Positions 43,473 through 58,873 of a stretch of DNA of 64,000 nucleotides are shown one piece after another. A program made the translations under genes and the position numbers. Numbering within the stretch: position 1 is the first letter of the stretch; the number at the start of each line of letters is the position of its first letter. A model generated the notes under the pieces. The model searched no databases. It saw only the letters and a program-made list of their open reading frames with translations, and was not told where the DNA came from. Origin of the DNA: Eledone cirrhosa (lineage: Eukaryota); assembly GCA_964016885.1 (NCBI GenBank), contig CAXHJY010000838.1, positions 54,599 through 118,598 of the forward strand. Reading direction: 5' to 3'.

Positions 43473-43782
43473 GGAGGCACATGGCTTAGTGGTTAGAGCA
43501 TTGGCCTTGCAATCGAAAGGTTGTGAGTTCAATTCTCAGACTGGGTGATGTGTTGTTTCCTTGAGCAAGACAATTTCATATTGCTCCAGTTTACTCAGCT
43601 GTAGAAATGCGGTGATAGGGACTGGGGTCCATATCATACCACTGCAAAGTGGTCGTGGAGGTGCCACGGCAAAAAAGCACCCAGCACTCACTGTAAATGA
43701 GGTTGGTGTTAGGAAAGGCATCCAGCTGTAGAAATCAAGCAGGGAAAAAGCAGACGTAAAATGAAATGATGATGATGATGAT
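43473..43782 (+). mobile_element. composite SINE S2, second copy
   Basis: Near-identical to 22401-22748; flanked by ATATATATAAT on both sides (probable TSD). Confidence 0.9.
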
Positions 43783-44726
43783 ATATATATAATCATCTTT
43801 TTGTTGCCTTTATTGCCTAAATGATTGGAATGTAGCAAGAATCTGAGTAGCAACATTATGAGCCATGAAATATTCTCAAGTAAAACTCTACTACATGTAT
43901 TGAGTATTCTTTTTTCATATAGAACCTTGAGGTGAGGGAAACGTTTATTAAATAACAATTGTTTCTAACAAAGGTACAAAGCCTAAACTTTTAAGGGAGT
44001 GGTTAGTCAATAACATTGATCCCAGTATTTTGGGTTGATAGTTTATTTTATTGACCCTAAAAGAATGACTGCCAAAGTTGCACTGATTGTTTCTTTTACC
44101 CCCTACACTCACGATTCTGCCAACAAACCAACCGTAACAACATCCTCCTCTCCCCCCTCCTCCTCTTCCTCATCATCATCATTATTATTATCATCGATAA
44201 TTGTGCAATAGCAAATAGGTTAACAAAGTGCAAACTCATAGAAACTAATATTCGCTTCAGGTAATCTGATTGTTAGTTGGTCTGATAATGAGATGAATTC
44301 ATCAAATTTTTCAACAGCCTAAAGTAAAGAAAATATAAAACAAAAATCTCATTACTATATTAACATGTGTCCCTAACTCTCACAACAACCCATATTTCTT
44401 TTTCTTTTTAACGATCATCTATTATTATCATCAGTATCAATATCATTATCATCAATTTAACATCTGCTATTCAATGTTGGAATGGGTTTGTTGAAATATG
44501 CAATACATCTTTCCATGAATCTCAAATAAATATCTTGTATAAGAAGCCTACATTCCTAAAGTCTGTTCTAAGTTTCTATACATGTGTATGTGTATATAAC
44601 CACAACCATCATCATCATTTTATATGTTTTTTTTTTTCTTTTTTGTATGTGAATTAGGGTTAACAGGAATACAGACTTCATACAAATGGATGTAGGCATG
44701 GCTGAATGTTTAAGAAGTTAGCTTAA

Positions 44727-44936
44727 CCCTTTAGCATTTAAACCAGCCGTATATATGGCCAGAATTCTCTCACCTCTTTCTGTTCAAACCGGCCATAACC
44801 AGCCACTCATACAGGTGTTAAGGTATTGTTCTCAAAATAAACAATATCAAAATCTCATAGATTTGATATTATGTGAGGTAAAGCCTTTAACATGAAAATA
44901 TAATAGTAAATATAGAGTAATGTAAATGTTAAAGGG
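44727..44936 (-). mobile_element. piggyBac-like MITE inserted in the head of an older SINE (~44690-45250)
   Basis: TTAA flanks and TIRs. It interrupts GGCATGGCTGAATGTTTAAGAAG...CCAGGTTTGATCCC. Confidence 0.9.
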
Positions 44937-47900
44937 TTAACAATGAGGTTTCCAGGTTTGATCCCACTTTTCATCAAGTTTTCTTCTTTTTTACTATAGA
45001 CTCAGGTTGATCCGAACCTGTAAATGAAATGAGGTTGACAGAAACTGTGTGGAAGCCCATTAGATGGATTGTACTTGTAATTCAAAGTTCCAGTATTGTT
45101 GTATTGTGATGGGCTGAGTGCTGATTTTGCCTGAGAAAATATGATAAGTGTAAAGAGATGTGGAATAGTCAACAACTTAACACGTTAATTGAACAAGTAG
45201 GATGTTGAGCTGATCAAACAACTAAATGGTCACTATTGAAATCCCCTGCAGATCCATCAATTATGTAAACATAAACAGAGGATGTGTGCAATACAACAGG
45301 ACATGAGATGACAGGCTATTGCCAGCATTATGCCTCTCTTGTAGACAATTGAAAAATAAGCATCATTTTTATGTTAAGAAATACCCAGCCAAATTTACAG
45401 TTCTCACCAAAGCAAGGTGCAACACATGGCCAACCCTGGCCAGGTATGCCTCCCAGTGTGGACGACCCGTCTAACCTATGCAAGTGTGGAAAAATGGAAG
45501 TTAAACGATGATGATGATTGCAGTTTATTTTGAAAAAAAAAAGTATCTCAAGAAAAATACAATATCTTCCAGAAAAGTACATCAGTCTAGATCCATAATT
45601 ATTATATCCAAAATATTTTGACATCCAACGAATAACTTAGTAATTGTGTCAAAATATATACAGGGTGTCTCCCAAAAATGTATACACACTTCAACAGCAT
45701 TCTAATAAAGATTGTCTGTCTATATGGTTTCTAATGTTAGTACAATGTTAGTACAAGGCCTATGTTTGAATTTTGTTTTGGGAGGTGTGGAGGGAGGGAG
45801 GGAGGGAGGGAGGGAGGGAGGGAGGGAGGGAGGGAGGGAGGGAGAAAGAAAATCGATCACACAGACCCAATACTTAACTGGTATTTTATTTTGTCAACCT
45901 TTGAAGAATAAAAGACAAAGTTTATCTTGGCAGGATTTGAACTCAAGATCTAATGAGTCGGAGAAAATGCCGTTCAGTACTAATGATACAAACATACAAG
46001 AAAAATAAACAGTGAATAACTACTGAAGTTGGAATAGTAAAAACATTGTTGAGTGTAACAGATAATTCCTACATATACACAACATATACACAAGCAGACT
46101 GGATATAATATACTCTGTACAAGTTGTTTAGCTCCAGGCCAGCTTTAATAGAGAGATGACCTTTAACTAAAGCTGTTTCAACCATGAATCAAATGGGTAG
46201 CCATGTTGGCTCATGTCTGCAAGGGCATTTAACTCTTAATACCAACCCTACCAAAACCAGCTCATGTTCTATGAAAAAAAGCCCCCCATTAAATTAAAAT
46301 CTTTCAACATAATTTAATATAAGAACTATATGTCAAGTTACTATCTTCGTAATGAAATAATTAATAATTTTAGTAAATCCTTTAAAATTTTTCATTAATT
46401 AAAATGGAGCTTATTTCTTTCAAATTATGATTACAAAGGAGTTGAAAAGCTTCGCAAAAGCATAATGAATGAAAAATGATAACTGAAATTTATATTTTTT
46501 TTAATTATGAGATAAACAAGGTATTGGTTTCGTTTGATTAGAAAACAAAGTCAGTTTTGCAATGGAAGAGATATATCGGAATAGATCTAGTTTATAATAT
46601 CATTGACACTTAATTCCCATTTCATCAAGCTAGAAGTGATGCAAAGTAAAGTCAATTTGAACTCAGAATATCAAAGCATGAAATTGAATTTAGTTATGCA
46701 TACACCAGTTTTTATCAATTCCTTAACCTAGATAAATAGAAGATTGATTGCATATTTAATAAATGGTGAACACAAACTCACACATAGACATAGGCATATA
46801 CACACACACATGCATAACACAAATATACACACACTTTCATAAACATATACTTGTTTATAAGTGTGAGTGTCTGTGTGTTCTCAATCTAAATATTAGTTAT
46901 GTTAAAGTTTTTGATCTAACAAAATTCCAACACATTTTATCTAAATTTGAAATTAAATATTAAAAAAATATGATTAAAGGAGAATATACATTGCTATATG
47001 CAAGTCAAAACATATTTAGCGATAGGCTTCAATAATATACACATCCATAGACATGGACATGGTTATGTGGTTAAGAAGTTTGATTCACAACCAAAAGGTG
47101 TCTTCCACTTCAGTTTTGGTTTGATCAACACCATGTCAGTGAAATTTTGCAAGCGAAAAGTCAGTTCTACGTAGGTGTATGTATACATATATATATAAAT
47201 ACATACAAAAATACACACTCACATTATATATATATATATAATTTTCCAAACCCATGCAAGCATGGAAGATGGACGTTAAACGATGATGATGATATATATA
47301 TATATATATAAAGAGAGAGAGAGTTTGATGAGTGTTTTATTATGACGCCTTAGGGTGAGTAATCCCTCTGGCTTTTTCAGATACACATATATATATATAT
47401 ATACACAGAGTTTCATGAGTGTTTTATGAAGCCTTAGGTCTTTTAGTAATCCCTTTGGCTGTTTCAGTTACACACACACATACATATATATACACAGACA
47501 CACTGCATTACCTATTGAGTTCTCTTTCATCCATTTGTAACACAAACGTAATTTATATATACACACACACACACATTATATATAACACACACGCACACAC
47601 ACACACACATTGAGTTAAAATGAAAAACATTGAGGAAAAGATTTTCGAATGCAAAATAAACCATTATATAAAAATAATAATAATAATGATTCCCATTCGA
47701 AATCCCTTTTATACTAAACCTTATCACTTATTACACCATCCTCACACCATTCACATTACTTTGCAAATTTTACAACACACCACCAAAATTAGCATTGAAG
47801 AAAATTCTCTACAATACAATTCAAAAGCAGTTTTGGAATGCAAGTGGTTGAAAAGATAGAAGTGAGAAGAGGGGGGGGGGGGGGGTGAGTTGAAAGGTAA

Positions 47901-48377
47901 GAAATAGAAGTGGCTTCAAATATTAATGGTTAGAAATGGAATGATGAATAGATAAAGGCAAAAATGAGAATTTCATAGACACTCAACAGAAATTTAAAAG
48001 CTGATATGGTGCTTAAGAGAGTTTAGAAGAAAAAAAAGAAAAAAAATTTAAGTAGAATTTTAACATAAATCCTAGCCAAAAAAAATTGGGAAAATGTTGC
48101 AAAAATAATAGGAAAAATATAAGGAAAGTATTTTTCTTTTTAACCCAAGGAAAGCATGACTGCAAATTCTATGAAACACAATATATTGAAATACATCTTT
48201 GGACTTGATAACATATTTTAAAGATATGGAGATTAGTTATTTTACTTAGACAAACAACACACTCATTCGAAAATAACATGGAGGTGGGGAATAGCTTGTA
48301 GAGACTTCAGTACAAATAGGTAAGGAAAAAAACTCAACTCTTTAACAATCTGTAATGATTTAGTAGAACATGTTTAA

Positions 48378-48549
48378 CCCTTTAGCATTTAAACCGGCTG
48401 TATCCGGCCAGAATTCTCTCATTTCTTTCTGTTCAAACCGGCCATAACTGGCCACTTATACTGACATTAAAGTATTGTTCTCAAAATAATTAATAACAAA
48501 ATCTCATAGATTTGATATGTGAGATAAAACCTTTACCACGAAAATACAA

Positions 48550-48587
<38 letters not shown>

Positions 48588-48604
48588 ATGTAAATGCTAA
48601 AGGG
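48378..48604 (-). mobile_element. piggyBac-like MITE with internal (AG)n expansion
   Basis: TTAA|CCCTTTAGCATTTA ... TAAATGCTAAAGGG|TTAA. Confidence 0.92.
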
Positions 48605-49189
48605 TTAAACGAAAATAATGGGTTTGTTAAATCAAATGTTTGTAGTATCTTTACTAGTGAATAGATTGTTGTGAAAATATGCAGTGTAAAGACTTTAATC
48701 TTTAATGCAGTCAATTATGTAAAAAATAATGTTGTATGCGCATGGTTGTTAATCAACTCTTAATATTCTGTAATGATATAACAGAAAAATGACTAAATAT
48801 GGGTTTGTTAATCCAAATGCTCATAGTATCTATAATTTTTAATGTGATGTAGTCCGAATGCTGTTTTATATTTTAAAATAATTAAAAAATTGCTAATGTA
48901 GTTTCATGTGGTAAAGAATATTCCTTAGTAAAAAAAAAAAAATTTTTTAAATGTAATAAAAAACACAACATTGCTTCATAAATGAAGTCTTGATAGTATA
49001 AACATTGAAGAAATGTCTGGTAAATCTAGAAAGAACTAAATAGAAGAATAATCATATTTAACATGCACAAACACAAAGCCAGAAATTTGTGTGTGATGTG
49101 GTGGTGGTGATGAGCGAGTCTATTATACTGGCCTCAAAAGAATGAAAGGCAAAGTTGAAGTCAACAGGATTTGAATTCAGAACATAAAA

Positions 49190-49506
49190 AGCCGTCCTAT
49201 TATACACATACCTGTTGTATCACTGGTGATCCAAGCCTTTATCTTGTTAAACTGATCAACAAGATCCCAGACCTCATTTGCTTACCGAGTGAGGTGGAAC
49301 TCGTCCAATCTCAAATGAAGAAAATAATGTTACCATTAATCTTTTCCATTGCTAAAACTTTCTACCAGTCACAACTTCTGGCAGAAAGAGTAATGTGAAA
49401 TAAAGTGTCTTGATCAGAGACATAAAGCATCGTCTGATCCGGGAATCAAACTTGAAACCTCATGATTGTGATTCAAATTCCCTAACTTCCAAGCCACGTG
49501 CCTTCA
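49190..49506 (-). mobile_element. diverged tRNA/CORE SINE
   Basis: Minus-strand head GAAGGCACGTGGCTTGGAAGTTAGG...GTTTGATTCCCGG and CORE-like TCAAGACACTTTATTTCAC. Confidence 0.7.
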
Positions 49507-49769
49507 AAACCCATAACTGTCTCCTGACATAAACACAAAGTGACTCCACTAACTCAAGCAAATATTTTCCATAAACCTAAAGCCAACCTAATACAAACCA
49601 CACTAGACAGAAAGTAAAAACCCAAAACACAACCACATTTTTCAGAAGTGCACTCCAATACACTCCCATGCATAACAATAACCAATACAAGTAAGGGATA
49701 CACTAGAGAAAACGTTAATACTAATAACTCAGTGTCCATTTTAGGCAAACTAAGCCATCAAGTGTAGAC

Positions 49770-50006
49770 ATTGAGAGTGGAGGACAAGATATGATGGACG
49801 AATCAAGGATGAGCTGATGAGTGACCCACTGTTGTGGATGCCTAGATATATGATAAGACCCAAGTGGGACAGCCGAGAATGACCTACAATGGTCAAATGT
49901 CTCGGGATGTCCAGCAGGGGATTGATGATCTCAAGAATGCTATGGAAGATCATGATGTCTTGAAGAGAAAAGTGGAATTGGTCCAGGCAATCCACCCAAC
50001 CAAATA
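49770..50006 (+). mobile_element. old RTE-type LINE 3' remnant
   Basis: KDELMSDPLLWMP../QVGQPRMTYNGQMSRD..DLKNAMEDHDVLKRKV, similar to family C and RTE C-termini. Confidence 0.7.
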
Positions 50007-52463
50007 AAAATATAAAGCCATCAATAATTATTAATTACCACTGTGAAGTTAATGGGGAAATGAACCATCAAGCTATTGGCTGATAAGGCCGACTTTCTAA
50101 AAACTTGGCCAACTACTACTTAAAATGAAGCAGCAGTGGAAAGACTGAAGAAAGTAGTTTATATATGACTATTCTACATACCAATTAACAGAATGACTAT
50201 TAATTAAGTAGCTCCTAAAATGTTTCAGTTCATTACGACACACAAAAAACCATCTCCTAGACGGAAAACCTATGGAAAGACATTTTGAGCTTTCATTACA
50301 TCACTTCAAAACAGAAATATCACAGCATGCCCTAGATTTGCTCACCAATATATATATAACAAGTTCTTAAAAGTTAAGAATTATATTTTTTTAAATCAAC
50401 AAATGGTTTATACTAATACATATTTTGGTTTTCTTTCAACAATCTTTTTCCTTTTTTATTGACAAGAGAAATAAAAAATTAAATGACTTCTTTTAAGTCC
50501 CCTGGAAATGAAAAGTTAACATTAATATAGAGGAATGTGGATGGATCACGTAATAGCATTATTATAGACGGATAATGCTAATGATATCTAACAGACTTCA
50601 GATGTCCATCTGTCTAACACGCCAGTTGCTTGTATCAGTGGTTATTACTTTCAGCAGTGGCCCAACGCTCAATATGGGGGAGTTAGTGAGTGTGTGTGTG
50701 TCTAAACGAAAATAATGTGTGCATGTAAATGAGTGCGTGTATGTGTTTCAGACAGTTACAGACAGACAAGGAAAAAGAAAGGAAAACAGTAGTAGTAGTA
50801 GTAGTATTAGTAGTAATAATAATAGTAGTAGTAGTTGTTGTTGTTCAATGGTAGACAAGTTTACAATCAGTACCATGTGAATGAAATGCATAGACAAAAG
50901 AACAACAGTAGAGAGAGAGAGAGAGAGAGAGAGAGAAGCAATAGACGTGAAACAAAAACATTAAATTTGTGTGTATAGAACTAGTGAAGTAAGTTAAGAC
51001 GATTGTGCTTTTCTCTCTCTCGTCTCGCCAACACATGCAGTCTCAGATCAATGTCATAGACTCCTACTGCATAAGTCGAAGACCATCATGACAGGTAGAT
51101 AGAACCAACTACTAACAAACACTTGAATAACTAAGTACAAATAAGCTAGCCAACAGAGCTAATGAAAACAATTCTTCATTGTCCAGTATACTTGCCTGGG
51201 TGTGGTATACAGTGGTTAAACGGAGACTAATGTTGTGTGTGTGTGTGTGTGTGTGTTGGAATGTTGGAGTAATTTTAGGGAAATTCTAACAACTGTCGGG
51301 TATCATATATTAATTATTGTTAAACAACGTGTAGCTGTCTGGTAAAACAGAAAAAAGAAAAGAAAAAAGTAAGAAGAAACAGTACCAGTATAGCTAGACC
51401 TAAAGACACGGTCATTTAGCTCTATATATATACATGGAAGCAGTGGTATTAGTAATGCAAGAAGTACTAAGTCTGCTTAGTATAAGAACATGCTGTATTG
51501 ATAGAGGGTATATAGTAGTGGGGATATTGAAAATGGGTAGCAGAAAGCGATGACAGAATGGAAAGAAGGCACAACACAGACACACAGATAATAAATAATA
51601 TAAGACAGGGCGACGGTAGGGGAGGTGTTCACCAGAAAGAAAATAAGACAAGCAGCAGACATCGAATTCCACAAAGAAATAAAAATAAAAAAAAAATAGA
51701 AACCTGTCAGTGTGCACATCTGATTTCATGATGTGAAGATTAGGATCGAACAGAAGTAGATAAGGCTGGGAATAAACTGAAAATTCCCAAGAAGGCTTGA
51801 AATAGTAAAAATACTGTTCAGTGTATAAGTGGAAAGCCGGTAGTCAAAGCAACAGTTATTGATTATTTTAAAATATTCTCGGCAAATGTTCTAAGAAAAT
51901 GACCATTCCCCTTCCCCACCTTTTTAAAATTTCATCTTGCTTTCCCAGTTGCTTTCATACGAACACATTAGCATGTGAGGATTTAAATATTAGTATTTCA
52001 GGAATTATATGCATATATGTATGTATGTTTGTTTGTATGTATGTTTGTTATGTCTTTAAATGTGTAACTGGTGTTTCGTGTTAACATTTAGTTATGTATA
52101 GTTTTGAAATTCTTAAGTTAAGACTAATAAAAGACAGACATAATTAAAGAAAGTGGTAGAGAACTATGACGACACCTGACATAAAGACAATGGACATATG
52201 GAAATAATAGCCATATTACTTAAGGCCAACCAACATTAAATAAACAGCGAACCTTAGAGCTATACCAAGTATAGTCTAAAGATATGAAGCACCAACATCG
52301 AGACATCACATCAAAGGTGTTGGAGAGATATTAAACACAACGCCGATAACTTGTTTCACACATTGGACTAAAATATCCCCTTATTTATGAGTCTATGTGA
52401 AGATAATACACAACAGTAAATGAACAGTCCAGGGAAAAATGAACTCAATACAATTAAATAGAG

Positions 52464-52507
<44 letters not shown>

Positions 52508-52516
52508 GCACACACA

Positions 52517-52616
52517 CAGGGTGTCTCCAAAAAATGTATACGCACTTCAACATCATTCTAATAGATATTGCATGTACAAGTAATCAAAGTGTATATACAT
52601 TTTTGGGGACACCCTG
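52517..52616. mobile_element. 100-bp Tc1/mariner-type MITE (partial third copy at 45661-45718)
   Basis: TIRs CAGGGTGTCTCCAAAAAATGTATA ... TATACATTTTTGGGGACACCCTG, followed by TA. Confidence 0.85.
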
Positions 52617-54825
52617 TATATCTGTGTGTGTACACACACGTTTATTGTAATTAAATATAAAAGAAAAGCAATAAATGGTGAGGTGTAGTACGAAATAGGA
52701 AGAGTATTTTTAGGTCTGCTATAAAACAATGAGTAACAGCAATATCATAATAGGTCAGTAGAGGTTGGTTATAGAAAATTATATATATATATACCAAAAT
52801 ATGACAAACATGAAAAGAATTTCAATGTGGAGAGAAGCTTTTATTTGATGGAATTAGAACCGTTAGAAAGGATAATTGGTTTGAAGTAAAACGTGCTGGC
52901 TGGGTTTACAAGATACAGAGAAAGAAATGAGAGTATCCCATAAAAATAATAGCAGAAAGAACAATAGACAAAAATTCACAATAGTTAAGAAATAGGGAAA
53001 CAGTTAAAAATAATAATAAAGAATAGGATTATACTTTCTATAAAGAAACTACGAAGATTGTATACTTTATATATATACAGCATTATGAAAATGATTAAGG
53101 ATCTACTACGAGAACTTCTGGAAAGTTTTCAAAATAGAATTTTAAAATACTTTGTTGATAACTTTCTTTTGTTATGGGCCTTATGCAAAAAGGGTAAAGC
53201 ATATTTTACAAGTTGTGTCTAGTGCAAAGGCTTTTTTTTTATAATCAGAAACAGCTTTCTTTTACTTAATTGTATGACGAGTATATGCTTTAATTAATAG
53301 ATGAAAATGGTTGTACGGACACCAGGTGTAATAGATGTACATCTATTACTAAAATTGTAGACAGATTTCGGTATTTCCAGTGTTAGAAACAAATCATTTC
53401 GGTAAAAGAAGAGAGTTTCAAGATAGTCATCACTGCCAAATAGAGAAAAGTTAATACAGGGAAATGTAGAGACATGTCAGTCGAAGGTATAGGTGTAAAC
53501 ATATACACGTTTAAAATATCTATAACTTAATTATGTAGTGTGAAATTGACATGTAAAATTATGACCTTATATGAGTTAGTATTAGATTAATTTAAGTGAC
53601 TATCGCTAAATGGACAGAAAAGTATAGAAAGGTATGATTAGATTGCACTAAGAAATAAAAGGGACAACCTGAATTAGATTATTGAAGGAAACCAACTGTT
53701 CTTTGACAATAATAAATTAATAACTATTATTTTCAATTTAAGAAAAATCCAGGTTTAGGGAAGAAAGTAAAAATTATATATCTTTATCATCCATCTCAAT
53801 TTAAGGGCTTGCCGAGGGGGTTCATATAAATCCTGTTTTGAGTGATTAGCTAAGGCAAAAATTTAATTCCTAAACATTAGAATGACTCTAAGATGTTATT
53901 AACCTTCTTTCTGAATGTGTCTGGATAGTCAGGTCAACGGCCTTTTGTTTATTCAATACGAGCTTTCAACATTAATAAAAATAGTAACAGTATCTGTCTC
54001 GAGTAGTAAATAAATCAGAGTTACAATAGATAAAGCAACTATTGTTTTCATGCAATATTACGTATATAATAGACATGAGAGAAGAACTTTCCCACCTGTT
54101 TTTAATTGTCAACAATTTAATAAACAATGATGTATATGCAAAAACTCAAGCCCATAACCGACGTACATGTTCATCTCAGTTCTCAATTTTGATGGATGCT
54201 TCTTATTACATATTTTTTATATATTTTAATCCAAACACACACAAAATATGAATTTGAAAAATCAACAAACAGCCTATTATATCGATTCAGTTATATGTTG
54301 AGAGAAAAACTTAAAAAGAAACACGATTTAACAGGTTTATTAGGTAAATGGGTAAATGTTTTCAAAGTCTACTAATTCATATATATACTAAAATTCACGT
54401 ACACATACATTATGTTAGCAAAACTTATAAAACTATAGGAATGTGTATAGATAGACTTTACGAAACCTTATAATAAAAAAAAAACGAAATTATAAATAGA
54501 AATACCAGTCACAAACTTAATTTTTTTAAATCTACAAAAACCCTAATTTTGACAATATTACCATTGAAACAACTATCTTTCCACTTGAACATAGTTGCAT
54601 AATAAAGCTGCATATATAAGTTCCTATATATATTTAAAGGTGGAGGGAGAGCAGAGAGAGTTTTTGTTGATGCTTTTTCTTTTTTAATATTTGGTAAGTG
54701 ATAAAAAGTTTAACAAGCAACAGGTCATACATTTACATACATGTGAGCGCGTGTGTGTATGTATGAATGCATGGCCTTGAAATGACAAACGGATTATGTA
54801 TCTAAACGCACTATAGTAATTAAAA

Positions 54826-54872
<47 letters not shown>

Positions 54873-55032
54873 AGCAGGCAACCGATGAAACCTCGGCGAC
54901 ATATAGAATATATATACATACACACACACACATATATATGTATATGTATATATATGTATGTATGTATATGTATATGTATATATGTATATGTATATATGTA
55001 TGTATATATATGTATATATGTATATATATATG

Positions 55033-55063
<31 letters not shown>

Positions 55064-56004
55064 GTATATATATATGTATATATATATATATATATGCATA
55101 TATATATGCATATATATGCCTAAATATATGCATATATATGTATATATATGTATATATATATGCATATGTATATATGTATATATATATATATGCATATATA
55201 TATGCATATTTATATGCCTAAATATATGCATAAATATATGCATAAATATATGCATATATATGTATATATATATGCATATATATATATATGCATATATATA
55301 TATATGCATATATATATATATATATGCATATATATATATATGCATATATATATATGCATATGTATATATATATGCATATATATATATGCATATGTATATA
55401 TATATGCATATCTTTATATATATGCATATATATATATATGCATATATATATATGCATATGCATATATATATGCATATGCATATATATATATATATATGTA
55501 TACGTATATATATATGCATATATATATATATATGTATATATGTATATATATATGCATATATATATATGCATATATATATGCATATATATATATGCATATA
55601 TATATGCATATATATATGTATATGCATATATATATATGTATACGTATATATATATGCATATATATATATATATGTATATATGTATATATATATGTATATA
55701 TATATGCATATATATATATATGCATATATATATATGTATATACATATATATATGTATATATATATGCATATATATATATGTATATGCATATATATATATG
55801 TATATGCATATATATATGCATGTATATGTATATATATATGCATATATATATATATGCATATATATATGCATATGTATATATATATGCATATATATATATA
55901 TATGCATATATATATATGCATATATATATATATATATGCATATATATATATATCTATATATATATATATATATGCATATATATATATATATGCATATATA
56001 TATA

Positions 56005-56054
<50 letters not shown>

Positions 56055-56422
56055 TATATATATATATCTATATATATATATATATCTATATATATATATA
56101 TATATATGCATATATATATATATCTATATATATATATATATATATGCATATATATATATATGCATATATATATATATGCATATATATATATCTATATATA
56201 TATATATATATATGCATATATATATATATCTATATATATATGCATATATATATATATGCATATATATATATATGCATATATATATATATCTATATATATA
56301 TATATCTATATGCATATATATATATATCTATATATATATCTATATATATATATATATATGCATATATATATATCTATATATATATCTATATATATATATA
56401 TATATGCATATATATATATATC

Positions 56423-56455
<33 letters not shown>

Positions 56456-56570
56456 CTATATGCATATATATATACATATATATATATATCTATATGCATA
56501 TATATATATATCTATATATATCTATATATATATCTATATATATATATATATATGCATATATATATATATC

Positions 56571-56603
<33 letters not shown>

Positions 56604-56624
56604 CTATATGCATATATATATATA

Positions 56625-56666
<42 letters not shown>

Positions 56667-56678
56667 TATATATATATA

Positions 56679-56720
<42 letters not shown>

Positions 56721-56732
56721 TATATATATATA

Positions 56733-56777
<45 letters not shown>

Positions 56778-56796
56778 ATATGCATATATATATATA

Positions 56797-56880
<84 letters not shown>

Positions 56881-56902
56881 TATATATATGCATATATATA
56901 TG

Positions 56903-56936
<34 letters not shown>

Positions 56937-56982
56937 TGCATATATATATGTATATATATATATATGTATGCATATATATATG

Positions 56983-57016
<34 letters not shown>

Positions 57017-57030
57017 TGCATATATATATG

Positions 57031-57064
<34 letters not shown>

Positions 57065-57078
57065 TGCATATATATATG

Positions 57079-57112
<34 letters not shown>

Positions 57113-57126
57113 TGCATATATATATG

Positions 57127-57606
<480 letters not shown>

Positions 57607-57618
57607 ATGTATATATAT

Positions 57619-57675
<57 letters not shown>

Positions 57676-57724
57676 GTATATATATATGTATATATATATG
57701 TATATATATATGTATATATATATG

Positions 57725-57957
<233 letters not shown>

Positions 57958-58132
57958 GTATATATATATATATATGTATATATATATGTATATGTATATA
58001 TATATGTATATATATATGTATATGTATATATATATGTATATATATATGTATATATATATGTATATATATATATATATGTATATATATATGTATATATATA
58101 TATATATGTATATATATATGTATATATATATG

Positions 58133-58293
<161 letters not shown>

Positions 58294-58354
58294 GTATATA
58301 TATATGTATATATATATATGTATATATATATGTATATATATATATATGTACATA

Positions 58355-58405
<51 letters not shown>

Positions 58406-58406
58406 G

Positions 58407-58469
<63 letters not shown>

Positions 58470-58635
58470 GTATATATATATATGTATATATATATATGTA
58501 TATATATATATATGTATATATATATATGTATATATATATATATGTATATATATATATGTATATATATATATGTATATATATATATATGTATATATATATA
58601 TGTATATATATATATGTATATATATGTATATATGC

Positions 58636-58681
<46 letters not shown>

Positions 58682-58700
58682 GTATATATATGTATATATG

Positions 58701-58747
<47 letters not shown>

Positions 58748-58873
58748 GTATATATATGTATATATATATATATGTATATATAGAAATATATATGTATATA
58801 TAGAAATATATATGTATATATAGAAAATATATATGTATATATATGTATATATAGAAATATATATGTATATATA

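Noticed and set aside
54869-54905. Short non-TA island AATAAGCAGGCAACCGATGAAACCTCGGCGAC with a small hairpin and GAAAC
   Set aside because: No CTGANGA core in a suitable position and too short to classify; possibly an extreme element end.
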